This document shows, piece by piece, positions 1-10,114 of a DNA stretch of 64,000 bases. Position 1 is the first letter of the stretch; each line of letters opens with the position of its first letter. The position numbers were made by a program, and so were the translations under genes. This DNA is from Ferruginibacter sp. (GTDB lineage: Bacteria > Bacteroidota > Bacteroidia > Chitinophagales > Chitinophagaceae), in the NCBI GenBank assembly GCA_044230255.1, contig JBGARK010000006.1, positions 13,033-77,032 on the forward strand, read 5' to 3'. The notes below the pieces were generated by a model. That model was not told the origin of the DNA. It searched no databases and saw only the letters and a list, made by a program, of their open reading frames with translations.

Positions 1-2
1 AA

Positions 3-1118
3 GCGCAACAAATTTCGGAAGATACATTCAGCAATATTGCTGCTTACCTTCCCCAAAACAGCCTGCTGGTTTTTAATAATTCAAAAGTGATTAATGCCCG
101 GCTGATTTTTGAAACAAGCGCCGGTAAAAAAATTGAAATCTTTTGTTTAGAACCCTGCGGACCACATATTGAATACAGCCAGGTAATGGCAGCTTCCGCA
201 AGCAGTGAATGGATTTGCCTGGTTGGCAGCGCTGCAAAATGGAAAAGCGGCACTTTGCAAAAAAAAATTCAGGTTCAACAAACCCGGGTGGTATTGGAAG
301 CCCAAAAGCTGCAAAAAATTGGAGATAGTTATCACTTAAAATTAAGCTGGCAGCCTGCTCATTTTTGCTTTGCCGATATAATTGAAGCCGCAGGCAATGT
401 ACCCTTGCCTCCCTACATCAAGCGCCAGGCAGAGGTAGAAGATGAAAGCCGCTACCAAACCATCTATGCCCTGGAGCAAGGCTCCGTAGCAGCGCCAACC
501 GCCGGGTTGCACTTTACACAAAACGTATTCAATAATTTTTCTTCAAAAAATATACGGCAGGCATTTGTAACGCTCCATGTAGGCGCAGGCACTTTTAAAC
601 CGGTAAAATCGGCAACCCTGCAAGCGCATGAAATGCATGCAGAGTGGCTGGATGTTTCCATTGATACCATTGCGGAAATTAAAAATGCAACAGGCCCAAT
701 TGCTGCGGTAGGTACTACTTCTTTAAGAACAATCGAAAGCCTGTACTGGCTTGGCGTTAAAGCATCCCTTCAGCCCCAAATAAAAAACTTATCGCTACAA
801 CAATGGGATGTATATGAAGCACCGCTCTGCAACGCAACCCTTAGTAAAGCAGAAGCTTTGGAGCATTTAATTTTATGGCTAAAACAAAATAATACCAACA
901 GGCTCTTTACCCAAACCCAATTACTCATTGCACCCGGATATCATTTTAAAATAGCGAATATTCTTGTAACCAATTTTCACCAGCCGCAATCCACTTTACT
1001 TTTATTGGTTGCCGCTGCCGTAGGCAATAAATGGAAGGATATGTATGCGTACGCAATGGAAAACAATTTTCGCTTTTTAAGCTACGGGGATGCCAACCTT
1101 ATTTTTATTAACGGCTGA
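3..1118 (+). CDS. queA: S-adenosylmethionine:tRNA ribosyltransferase-isomerase (5' end outside window)
   Basis: Frame 3 is open from base 3 (AQQISEDTFSNIAAYLPQNSLLVFNNSKVINARL), so the true start lies upstream of the window. 'VTNFHQPQSTLLLLVAA' and the C-terminal 'RFLSYGDANLI' are QueA-like. Confidence 0.9.
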   Translation, partial: AQQISEDTFSNIAAYLPQNSLLVFNNSKVINARLIFETSAGKKIEIFCLEPCGPHIEYSQVMAASASSEWICLVGSAAKWKSGTLQKKIQVQQTRVVLEAQKLQKIGDSYHLKLSWQPAHFCFADIIEAAGNVPLPPYIKRQAEVEDESRYQTIYALEQGSVAAPTAGLHFTQNVFNNFSSKNIRQAFVTLHVGAGTFKPVKSATLQAHEMHAEWLDVSIDTIAEIKNATGPIAAVGTTSLRTIESLYWLGVKASLQPQIKNLSLQQWDVYEAPLCNATLSKAEALEHLILWLKQNNTNRLFTQTQLLIAPGYHFKIANILVTNFHQPQSTLLLLVAAAVGNKWKDMYAYAMENNFRFLSYGDANLIFING

Positions 1119-1119
1119 T

Positions 1120-1683
1120 TTATGGCTCAATGGTAACCGGTGTACCTACGGGAATGTAGCTGTATAGTTCTTCCATTTCGGAATATTTAACCGAAACACA
1201 ACCATCCGTCCAGTTGTAATAATTATCTACCGTCCATTCTTCTTCTTTTCGGGTAGAGTGAATGGCAATGCCATTGCCTATCCTGGCCGATTTAGGGATT
1301 TCGCCATGCGCTTTACGGTCTTTAAACCTGCGGTAACTTTCGGGTGTTGGGTAATCCAGCAGCATTTGCGGGCCCCATTTGGGATTAATTCTTTTTTGAA
1401 TAATTTTAAAATGACCGTTGGGGGTGCGCTTATCGCCTTCCCGCATTTTATCGCCCAGGTCTTTGCTGCCAAAAACAATTGGGTAGGTGGCATACCAGCC
1501 TTCGTCGTCATATACTTTCAATTCATAATCGCTTTTATCAATGATGATATAATAATTCTGTCCTTCGTGCAAAGGCCGGTTTGCTTTACTAAAAGAAAAT
1601 GATTTTTTGCCCGAAGGCACAAATGCGGTAATTACCAAAAAAGCGGTAACGGATACGGGCAGAAAGAAAAAACGGTTTTTCAT
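1120..1683 (-). CDS. L,D-transpeptidase (YkuD-fold) family protein with N-terminal signal/anchor
   Basis: Hydrophobic N-terminus. The C-terminal 'GIAIHSTRKEEEWTVDNYYNWTDGCVSV' fits the His...Ser/Thr-x-Gly-Cys catalytic pattern of YkuD domains. Confidence 0.7.
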   Translation of the reverse strand: MKNRFFFLPVSVTAFLVITAFVPSGKKSFSFSKANRPLHEGQNYYIIIDKSDYELKVYDDEGWYATYPIVFGSKDLGDKMREGDKRTPNGHFKIIQKRINPKWGPQMLLDYPTPESYRRFKDRKAHGEIPKSARIGNGIAIHSTRKEEEWTVDNYYNWTDGCVSVKYSEMEELYSYIPVGTPVTIEP

Positions 1684-1902
1684 TTATTTAAAAAGATTTT
1701 ACATTAATTGAAAACAAAAATGTCATATTGTTGATTCAAAGTAGAAGTAAAATCAATGTGAAAATAATAAATTTTAGAGGCAATTTATAGCCTTTTTTGT
1801 AAAAAAAATCCCAAAGTTCTACAGGGATAGTTTTTTCTAAACAACTGTAAATCACAGCCGTTATAATATGTTAAAAACTCCAAACTTTCTGTATCTTAGG
1901 CT

Positions 1903-3999
1903 ATGCAACCCTATTTTAATCTCCCTATATGGAAGCAGGCTCCGTTTATCCGGCTGTTGGTTCCGCTGGTTGCCGGAATTTTACTACAATGGTACCTGGG
2001 GTTTAATATCACCTACATTATTCTTTGCCTGCTTTGCTTTACCCTTACCCTTTTGCTAATTGCATTTCTTCCTGTTTCGTTAAAATATGCATTGCGGTTT
2101 TTCCAGGGGCTTATACTTTATTTAGTTATTGCATCGGCGGGTATGCTGCTTACGCAGCAAAGCGATAAAAGCAAAATGAAAAACTGGTACGGGCATTGGG
2201 TAAACGACAGCAGCAAACTATTGTTGAAAATAAATGAACCGCTTGTACCTAAAACAAATTCTTATAAGGCCGATGCAATAGTTGAAGCCGTGATCAATAA
2301 GGGTATAGCTATACCGGTAACCGGAAAAATTTTACTCTACTTTGCCAAATCCATTGATACCGGCATTCATTATGGCGATAAAATTATTGTGGACAAGCCC
2401 CTTACCTGGATTCGGAACTCGGGCAATCCCGGCGCTTTTAATTATGAACGATACACGGCATTTCAACAACTCTATCATACGGTCTACCTCAGCCCGGCTG
2501 ATTTTGTAGAAACCAACGAGACGGATAAAAATTTCTTCTACCATTTTATATACCGATCCCGCTCCTATATTTTAAAGAGCATAAGAAAATATATTGGCGG
2601 CAATAAAAACGAACAGGGCATTGCCGAAGCTTTAATTATTGGCTATAAAGAAGACCTGGATAAAGATTTAGTGCAGGCCTACAGCAATACCGGTGTGGTG
2701 CATATCATAGCAATTTCCGGGTTGCACCTGGGGTTAATTTATGCCATACTCTTATGGATTTTTACAAAAACCGGTTTAATAAAACGGCAAAAAATCCTAT
2801 CCGTATTTCTTATTCTTTCCTTTCTGTGGTTATTCTCATTGCTCACCGGCGCCTCGGCCTCGGTATTACGCAGCGCCGTAATGTTTACATTTATCCTTAC
2901 CGGAAAATCTTTTTTCAACGCTACAAACGGGTACAATGCCCTGGCGGCTTCGGCCTTTACCCTGCTTTGCTGGAACCCTTATTTGCTCTGGGATGTAGGC
3001 TTTCAGTTAAGCTACCTCGCCGTTTTTGGAATACTGTGGCTTCAACAACCCATTTATAAATTTTGGTATGTTAAAAACAAAATTTTACAAAGCGCCTGGT
3101 CGCTGATGAGTGTTACGCTGGCTGCACAGGTTTTTACCTTCCCGGTTTGTATTTATTATTTTCACCAGTTTCCCAGCTTGTTTTTGTTCAGCAATTTTAT
3201 TGCCGTGCCGTTATCCACTATTATTTTATACGGTGAAATTTTAGTGATTTTATTTTCGGCCTTTACACCCATTGCCCTGCTCTTGGGCAAAATAACGCAC
3301 TGGGCCATTTTTGCATTAAATGTATTTATTCAAAAATGCAATAGCCTGCCCTTCTCCGTATGGGATAAAATTTATGCCAATATTTACAGCACCTGGGTAT
3401 TATATATAATGGTGATTGCCCTTTGTGCCTGGTTTTTATATAAAACGAAAACCGGGTTAAAAACAGCGTTTATTTTCCTGGCCATTTATGCAGGCCTTAT
3501 GATTTATGCCCGCATTCAAATAAATCATCAGCAAAAAATTATTATTTACAATGTAAGCCGGCAAAGCGCCATGGATTTTATTTATAAAGATCAATTTTAT
3601 TTTGTGGGTGATAGTTTATTGCTGCAAGATGCGCTACCCAAAAACTTCTATTTAAAACCTGCACGCATTTCCATGTTACTCAGTGAAGCCCGGCAACCTT
3701 TTAGCCAGCTCCATATCCGGGAAAATCTCTATCAATTTGGCCCTAAATCGGTACAATTAATTCATAAAGATGATACCCTTACCCCGGCAAAGCCTCCCTT
3801 AAAAGTGGATATTTTATTAATTACCAAAAACCCGGATTTATCTATAATGGAGTTGGCAAGCCACATTCAGCCCGCAGTTGTGGTTTTTGATGCCTCTAAC
3901 CCCTTGTGGAAAATTGCCAAATGGAGGAGCGAATGCGAACGATTAACTTTGCGCTGCCATTCGGTGCCCGAACAAGGCGCTTTTGTTCTTGACTTCTAA
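1903..3999 (+). CDS. comEC: ComEC/Rec2 family DNA internalisation channel protein
   Basis: 698-aa polytopic membrane protein with the characteristic 'GVVHIIAISGLHLGLI' competence-domain motif. Confidence 0.8.
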   Translation: MQPYFNLPIWKQAPFIRLLVPLVAGILLQWYLGFNITYIILCLLCFTLTLLLIAFLPVSLKYALRFFQGLILYLVIASAGMLLTQQSDKSKMKNWYGHWVNDSSKLLLKINEPLVPKTNSYKADAIVEAVINKGIAIPVTGKILLYFAKSIDTGIHYGDKIIVDKPLTWIRNSGNPGAFNYERYTAFQQLYHTVYLSPADFVETNETDKNFFYHFIYRSRSYILKSIRKYIGGNKNEQGIAEALIIGYKEDLDKDLVQAYSNTGVVHIIAISGLHLGLIYAILLWIFTKTGLIKRQKILSVFLILSFLWLFSLLTGASASVLRSAVMFTFILTGKSFFNATNGYNALAASAFTLLCWNPYLLWDVGFQLSYLAVFGILWLQQPIYKFWYVKNKILQSAWSLMSVTLAAQVFTFPVCIYYFHQFPSLFLFSNFIAVPLSTIILYGEILVILFSAFTPIALLLGKITHWAIFALNVFIQKCNSLPFSVWDKIYANIYSTWVLYIMVIALCAWFLYKTKTGLKTAFIFLAIYAGLMIYARIQINHQQKIIIYNVSRQSAMDFIYKDQFYFVGDSLLLQDALPKNFYLKPARISMLLSEARQPFSQLHIRENLYQFGPKSVQLIHKDDTLTPAKPPLKVDILLITKNPDLSIMELASHIQPAVVVFDASNPLWKIAKWRSECERLTLRCHSVPEQGAFVLDF

Positions 4000-4007
4000 A
4001 TCAGTTT

Positions 4008-5522
4008 ATGCAAAAAAAGATCAACGCTGCACTCCTTTCTGTTTTTTATAAAAACGGGCTGGAACCCATTGTTCATGAACTCCACAAGCAGGGAATAACC
4101 ATTTACAGCACCGGGGGCACACAGGATTTTATTGAAAAACTGGGCATTAAAGTTATCCCTGTAGAAAGCCTCACCGGTTTTCCTTCCATTTTTGGCGGAA
4201 GGGTTAAAACATTACACCCCCTGGTGTTTGGCGGTATTTTAGCTAAAAGAGATGACGAACAGCATGTAGCTGAAATGAAACAATTTCAAATACCTGAAAT
4301 TGATTTGGTAATTGTGGACCTGTATCCTTTTGAAGAAACCGTAAAAAACAGTACAGATGAGAAGGCCATTATAGAAAAAATTGATGTGGGCGGGCCCAGC
4401 ATGATACGGGCAGCCGCAAAAAATTTCAACGATTGTACCGTAGTTGCTTCTAAAAATGACTATCCCCTTTTGCTGGAAATACTATCCACACAAAACGGGG
4501 CTACCACGCTCTTGCAAAGAAAACAATTTGCCATTAAGGCATTTGATGTGTGTACGGCATACGACAATGCCATATCAGCTTATTTTAACAGCATTGCCAT
4601 TGAAACGCCGTTTAATAAAGAAAAAAAATCGCTGCGTTATGGAGAAAACCCACACCAAAAAGCCGTTTTTTACGGCAACCTAAATGAGCCCTTTAAACAA
4701 TTACACGGCAAAGAATTATCGTATAATAATTTAGCCGATGTAGATGCGGCCTGCAACCTGATTGCTGAATTTAAGGATAGCAAAGAAATCGTATTTGCCA
4801 TCATTAAACACAGTAATGTGTGTGGTATAGCATCGAGAGAAACTATAAAAGCCAGTTGGGATGCCGCTTTGGCCGGTGACCCTGAAAGCGCTTTTGGCGG
4901 CGTGTTGGTAACCAATGGCAAAATAGATACAGCCACTGCAACAGCAATTAACGAAATCTTTTTTGAAGTAATTATTGCCCCCGCTTTTGAAGACGAAGCG
5001 CTAAAAATTTTACAATCCAAAAAGAACCGGATCCTGTTACAACAGTTGGCCCAGCCAAAACCGGCCCTTCAAATGAAAACCATTTTAAATGGCTTATTAA
5101 TACAAGATACCGATGAAGGTAATTATAGTGAATGGAAAGAAAGCGGGGCAAGGCAAACAACCCCGGAAGAAAAAGAAGATTTAATTTTTGCCAATATCAT
5201 TTGCAAACATTTAAAAAGCAATGCGATTGCATTGGTAAAAAATAAACAACTTATTGGCAAAGGCTGCGGGCAAACCAGCCGTATAGATGCGTTGAGGCAT
5301 TCAATAGAAAAAGCCGGCCAGTTCAAATTTGATTTGCACAATGCCGTGCTGGCCAGTGATGCTTTTTTCCCTTTTGATGATTGTGTAAAAATTGCCCATC
5401 ATGCAGGCATTACCGCATTTATTCAACCCGGCGGATCCATAAGAGACCAGGACTCCATAAATTATTGCCTGCAAAACGGATTGGCCATGGTCATTACCGG
5501 TATGAGGCATTTTAAACACTAA
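4008..5522 (+). CDS. purH: bifunctional AICAR transformylase / IMP cyclohydrolase
   Basis: N-terminal MGS-like domain with 'GGRVKTLHP', full length 504 aa, C-terminal 'RHFKH'. Confidence 0.95.
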   Translation: MQKKINAALLSVFYKNGLEPIVHELHKQGITIYSTGGTQDFIEKLGIKVIPVESLTGFPSIFGGRVKTLHPLVFGGILAKRDDEQHVAEMKQFQIPEIDLVIVDLYPFEETVKNSTDEKAIIEKIDVGGPSMIRAAAKNFNDCTVVASKNDYPLLLEILSTQNGATTLLQRKQFAIKAFDVCTAYDNAISAYFNSIAIETPFNKEKKSLRYGENPHQKAVFYGNLNEPFKQLHGKELSYNNLADVDAACNLIAEFKDSKEIVFAIIKHSNVCGIASRETIKASWDAALAGDPESAFGGVLVTNGKIDTATATAINEIFFEVIIAPAFEDEALKILQSKKNRILLQQLAQPKPALQMKTILNGLLIQDTDEGNYSEWKESGARQTTPEEKEDLIFANIICKHLKSNAIALVKNKQLIGKGCGQTSRIDALRHSIEKAGQFKFDLHNAVLASDAFFPFDDCVKIAHHAGITAFIQPGGSIRDQDSINYCLQNGLAMVITGMRHFKH

Positions 5523-5528
5523 GGCAAT

Positions 5529-6473
5529 ATGCTCATTCAGAAAATTCGTAAAAGTTCAAGAGCCAAAGCCTACCTTGCCTTGTTTACCACAAGTTTTGTG
5601 TGGGGCACCACCTGGGTTTTTAGTAAAGCCGCAGTAATGGAAATGCCGGCTTTGCAAATGGCGGCTATTCGCCAGTTTATTGCAGGACTTGCCATGGTTG
5701 CCTTTTTTGTTTTTTACAAAAAACTGTCACTGCCCTCGGCCAAAGAATTCCGTTGGTTGCTCATCATGTCCCTATTATTATTTGTAATTGCAAATGGGTT
5801 CAGCACCTGGGGTGTAACGTATATTTCGTCGGGACTGGGTGCATTAATTGGCACGTTGTATCCATTAAGTGTTGTATTGATTGAAGCGGTATTTTATAAA
5901 CAAAAACAAATTCCATCGCTGGCTATATTTGGCCTGGTACTGGGGGTAATGGGTGTAGGATTGGTTTTATACGAAAACGCTTTTGTAAATACAGGCCTTC
6001 ATTTTGGCTGGGGTCTTGTACTTTCGGTACTGGCCATGCTTAGCTGGAGCTTTGGCAGTGTTTTTTTGGCGAGAAAAAAGCAAACCTTAAACCCCTATTA
6101 CTCCCTTGGCTGGCAAATGCTCCTGAGTTCTGTTTTACTTTATATCCTGTCTCTTGCATTAAAACAACACATGCCCATTAGCGCTATTTCTTTAAAAACA
6201 TGGGGTATTATTATTTACCTGGCTGCATTGGGTTCCATTATTGCATTTGTAGCTTTTTTATATACCTTAAAAAAATTACCACAGGCTATTGCAACTTTAT
6301 ATGCTTACATAAACCCGCTTGTTGCAATGTTTATAGGCTCATGGCTATTGGGCGAAACGTTAAACCGCTATATTCTTGGAGGGGCTTTTGTAACGCTATT
6401 GGGTGTTTTTCTGGTTAACTATAGTATCAGAAAAGCAAGAAAATCTACGGTGTTGAATTCGTCTGAGCAATAA
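5529..6473 (+). CDS. EamA/DMT-superfamily transporter
   Basis: About 10 predicted TM helices in two halves, typical of a double EamA-domain architecture. The 3' end overlaps the convergent gene by 29 nt. Confidence 0.7.
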   Translation: MLIQKIRKSSRAKAYLALFTTSFVWGTTWVFSKAAVMEMPALQMAAIRQFIAGLAMVAFFVFYKKLSLPSAKEFRWLLIMSLLLFVIANGFSTWGVTYISSGLGALIGTLYPLSVVLIEAVFYKQKQIPSLAIFGLVLGVMGVGLVLYENAFVNTGLHFGWGLVLSVLAMLSWSFGSVFLARKKQTLNPYYSLGWQMLLSSVLLYILSLALKQHMPISAISLKTWGIIIYLAALGSIIAFVAFLYTLKKLPQAIATLYAYINPLVAMFIGSWLLGETLNRYILGGAFVTLLGVFLVNYSIRKARKSTVLNSSEQ

Positions 6474-7737
6474 AGGACTCATACATCCGGAGCCATCCTT
6501 TAAACGCTTTTGAAGTTCCTAAAAAATTATTGTGAAAAATGGTAACCAGCCTGCCGTTAACCGCCTTGCATTGCCGGTAATAATGCATTAACTCTTCTGC
6601 CGCTTCTTCAACGGAATATTTTTGTTCATAAAAACTATTGGCATCCATAAAGCAAAATGGATGAACCTTAAGCGCTGTAATGGATTCATTTTCCAGGTCG
6701 TACCAGTAAAAGGAAGAGGCCGTTGATGCCCTGAAGCCATTTATACTGCCGCTGCCCATGCTGTAATCGTCGGTTATATTGTTTTTCAGCAAACCCCGGT
6801 AGGTTTTTGGAAAGGATAGCCTGATATAATGTTGCCTTGAATTTGATATGCGCTTCCGGATAATTTTTTCCAATATATTTTTTTCATTAGCCAGCAATGT
6901 TGCGTCTTGATTTGAAGCCCAGGAGGGGTGGATACCCATTTCATAGTGCTGCGCATGTTGCACTATTAATTTTTGAAAATTGGCATTATCCGGAAGGATG
7001 TTTTTATCATAAGCGCTGTTTTTTTCGGCTACCAAAAAAAAGTACAATGGCTTTAAACTGTATTTTTTATGCAGGTTATCCAGGGCTTCATAACTATCAA
7101 ATGGGTCGCTACTCATGCCGGCTAATACCGATAATCGTTCAAAAGAAGGCTTCATTAAAAAGCCCCCGGTATTTCTTATGAACCCTTTATTTTTAAAAGA
7201 ATAGGCAATGTCAATATCATAGGTAGGTAAAAAAGAAAAATGCCCGGCGTGGAACATAAATGACGGGAAGCGTTCCTTTATTGAACGGGCCAACCGGTTA
7301 ATCCAAATATCGACCAGGGGAATGTTTAAAAAATCTTCTTTATAAGCCAGCAAATCCTGGCTATTGAACCTATCATATTGATCTAAGTTATGCGGCAGGT
7401 ATTCTTCATATCGGCTGATTAAATAAAAGGAGGCCGAAAAAATATCAAATGGGTAGCCCAGGCCCGATCTAAAAAAAGCCTTGTTGCCATCATCATTAAA
7501 GCAAAAAATTTTTTGCGGTTCAATTCCCTGTTCAAAGAGCAGGCCATGCGGTACAATTTGCAGGCATGCTCCCCCAAAAAGCAGGTTGCTATAATTAATT
7601 TTTGGCCCGTCATATTGCTCAAAACTTTCTGCATGTTGCGTAATGCTATATGCACAGTTTAAGCGTTCCGAAAAAATAAATTTACAGATATACTGGAGCC
7701 GAACCGATATTTCACTGGAATAAATGAGCAAACCCAT
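6445..7737 (-). CDS. conserved hypothetical, probably polysaccharide-deacetylase-like
   Basis: Long clean ORF of 430 aa. 'PTYDIDIAYSF' and 'GIHPSW' resemble NodB-type deacetylase motifs. The function call is weak. Confidence 0.5.
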   Translation of the reverse strand: MGLLIYSSEISVRLQYICKFIFSERLNCAYSITQHAESFEQYDGPKINYSNLLFGGACLQIVPHGLLFEQGIEPQKIFCFNDDGNKAFFRSGLGYPFDIFSASFYLISRYEEYLPHNLDQYDRFNSQDLLAYKEDFLNIPLVDIWINRLARSIKERFPSFMFHAGHFSFLPTYDIDIAYSFKNKGFIRNTGGFLMKPSFERLSVLAGMSSDPFDSYEALDNLHKKYSLKPLYFFLVAEKNSAYDKNILPDNANFQKLIVQHAQHYEMGIHPSWASNQDATLLANEKNILEKIIRKRISNSRQHYIRLSFPKTYRGLLKNNITDDYSMGSGSINGFRASTASSFYWYDLENESITALKVHPFCFMDANSFYEQKYSVEEAAEELMHYYRQCKAVNGRLVTIFHNNFLGTSKAFKGWLRMYESFIAQTNSTP

Positions 7738-7761
7738 AACCGATAATTAATGCTACCAATC

Positions 7762-9165
7762 TCAATGACGGCCTCTCTGCTCTTTCCACATTTGGTTAAA
7801 TGTTTTTTTGCTGAAATGTAAGTTGCCCCTGTGTTTGGTCCATCCTTTAAACATTCCGTTTACCACTTTATTTTTCAGGTCGCCGTTACCCAGGTTCATC
7901 ATTTTACGGCTCAGCGAGGCCAGCTTCCAGGCCTTCCAGGCATAGCGTTCACTGAGGTTGCTAAGTCCTGCATCAACAGCTTCTTTGCGGTTGTTGAGCA
8001 ACAAATGATGGATACCGATATGTACCGGGCATACTTCGGTGCAATTGCCACAAAGTGATGAAGCGTAACTTAAATGCTTGTATTGGTCCATCCCCTGCAA
8101 ATGCGGGGTAATTACACTGCCAATGGGCCCGCTATAGGTGGCGCCATACGAGTGACCGCCAATATTTTTATAAACCGGGCAGGCGTTAAGGCAAGCGCCA
8201 CAGCGGATGCAGTACAGGCTTTCTCTTTGTGCGGTATTTTTTAAAATTTCGGTACGGTTGTTATCCAATAAGATCACATACATTTCTTCCGGCCCGTCAT
8301 TTTCTCCCGGCTGCTTTGGCCCGGTAATGATGCTGCTGTACACGGTGAGTTTTTGACCTGTTCCAAATGTGCTGAGCAAGGGCCAAAAAAGGGAAAGATC
8401 GGTAAGGGAGGGAATCATTTTTTCAATGCCTACTACCACAATATGCGTTTTGGGAAATGCACAACTCAGCCTTGCATTACCTTCGTTTTCGGTAACGGCA
8501 ACTGCACCAATATCACTAATGATAAAATTTGCGCCGGTAATTCCCACTTCGGCTTCCACATATTTTTTTCTAAGGATATTTCGGGCCACCAGGGTAAGTT
8601 CCTGCGGGGTGAGTTTGGGGTCGGTGCCCAATTTATTAGCAAAAAGTTTTGCCACATCTTCTTTGCTTTTGTGCATGGCCGGTGTAACAATATGGTATGG
8701 GGGCTCACCATCTAATTGCTGGATGTATTCGCCCAAATCGGTTTCAACACTTTCAATACCGTTTTCTTCCAAATATTTATTAAGATGAATTTCTTCGGTA
8801 GTCATGCTCTTGCTTTTTACCACCGATTTACAATTTTTTTCTTTGCAAATGGATAGAATAGCATCTACGGCCTGCTGGCCGTTTTCGGCCCAAATAACCC
8901 GGGCGCCACGGCTGGTAATTTGTTGTTCAAAATGCTCCAGGTGTTTATCCAAAAATTCAATGGCCTGCCATTTTTTGAGTTTTGCTTTTTGCCTGGTTAT
9001 TTCCGTATTGGCAAATTGCAATTTACCTTGCGGCACTACGGCATTATACTTTCCAATATTAAAATTAATGGTACGCCGGTGCTCTAAATCGGCTGCTTTT
9101 ATAGTGCTTTTAGCCAGGAATTTTTTTGAAGCTTCGGACATGCAGAATTTTTGTAAAGATAACAT
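7762..9165 (-). CDS. LutB-like LUD-domain iron-sulfur protein (lactate-utilisation protein B family)
   Basis: Two 4Fe-4S ferredoxin motifs, 'CIRCGACLNACPVY' and 'CGNCTEVCPV', follow a LUD domain. An alternative start is at 9141 (MSEASKKF). Confidence 0.8.
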   Translation of the reverse strand: MLSLQKFCMSEASKKFLAKSTIKAADLEHRRTINFNIGKYNAVVPQGKLQFANTEITRQKAKLKKWQAIEFLDKHLEHFEQQITSRGARVIWAENGQQAVDAILSICKEKNCKSVVKSKSMTTEEIHLNKYLEENGIESVETDLGEYIQQLDGEPPYHIVTPAMHKSKEDVAKLFANKLGTDPKLTPQELTLVARNILRKKYVEAEVGITGANFIISDIGAVAVTENEGNARLSCAFPKTHIVVVGIEKMIPSLTDLSLFWPLLSTFGTGQKLTVYSSIITGPKQPGENDGPEEMYVILLDNNRTEILKNTAQRESLYCIRCGACLNACPVYKNIGGHSYGATYSGPIGSVITPHLQGMDQYKHLSYASSLCGNCTEVCPVHIGIHHLLLNNRKEAVDAGLSNLSERYAWKAWKLASLSRKMMNLGNGDLKNKVVNGMFKGWTKHRGNLHFSKKTFNQMWKEQRGRH

Positions 9166-9351
9166 GAAAAAATGGGAACAAAATAAAGAGAGTTGTGAAG
9201 AGAAAAATTAACGAATAAAAAATCAAAATAGAATTAAAAATTTCAAAACTTGAATATTCTATTCGGAGATATTGATTTTGTTTTGAAGTGAAATCAAAAC
9301 TTACATGAATTACTAATGCAAGTAATTTATTTACCAAATAAAAATTTAAAT

Positions 9352-9558
9352 ATGAAAACAGTATTTTTCACATTCTTCCTTTTAACAGGAATTCAATTTA
9401 CTTCTTTTTCCCAGGCAATTAATCCATACTCAGGTTTTGGGGAAAATTACGAAATAGGGGTTGCCACTATTATTGCCGACATTAATACTAATGGGTTTAA
9501 AGGCGCAGACCAGCAAAGCTTAGATTATTATCTCAGCCTCCTTCCTTTCCAGGCATAA
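9352..9558 (+). CDS. small secreted hypothetical protein (68 aa)
   Basis: ATG at 9352 gives the signal peptide MKTVFFTFFLLTGIQFTSFSQA. It lies in the AT-rich islet and may be the N-terminal remnant of a decayed gene (see findings). Confidence 0.35.
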   Translation: MKTVFFTFFLLTGIQFTSFSQAINPYSGFGENYEIGVATIIADINTNGFKGADQQSLDYYLSLLPFQA

Positions 9559-9678
9559 ATGAATAGCGATGCGACATAAAGCATTTATGAAATCTAAAAG
9601 GGTAAACAGCTGAACATTGCAGAAACAATTAACAACAATCCTAAAATTAGCAGTGCATCAAAGAAGTTTACATTAAAA

Positions 9679-9990
9679 TTGATTGAATATTCGGCTACAT
9701 CTAGCATATCGGAAATTGAGCAATATTATAAAGTACTTACAGAAGAAATACTTATAAGCCAAGTGGCAGAAAATGAAAAAACTGTACTTTTATACCTAAC
9801 AGATATTGCATACAATACTACAACTCAACAGGCTTTAAATCCTAATGGGAAAAGTAGTAATTGTGACATTTTGGGGCCAACTGCAAGGGGCCCCACTTCT
9901 CCAGTGGTTTGTGTAACGGTGCTGCCGCTATTGGATTTTGGACAAGCAATGAAATGTGTGGCCTTGGGTGCGGAATTGGTGGAGCGATAA
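9679..9990 (+). CDS. hypothetical ORF (TTG start), possibly a pseudogene fragment
   Basis: It has only a TTG start and is in the same frame as 9352-9558, separated from it by three TAA codons. An alternative frame continues to 10025. Confidence 0.25.
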   Translation: MIEYSATSSISEIEQYYKVLTEEILISQVAENEKTVLLYLTDIAYNTTTQQALNPNGKSSNCDILGPTARGPTSPVVCVTVLPLLDFGQAMKCVALGAELVER

Positions 9991-10114
9991 TCTTTGGGGC
10001 AATTGCTATAATAAATGTTTGTTAGTTTATCTACTTTCGATATTGAATGAGGATGTAATAAAATATTAATATACATACTCTTCTTGTTTTATTCAATTTG
10101 ATAAATCCACAGCT

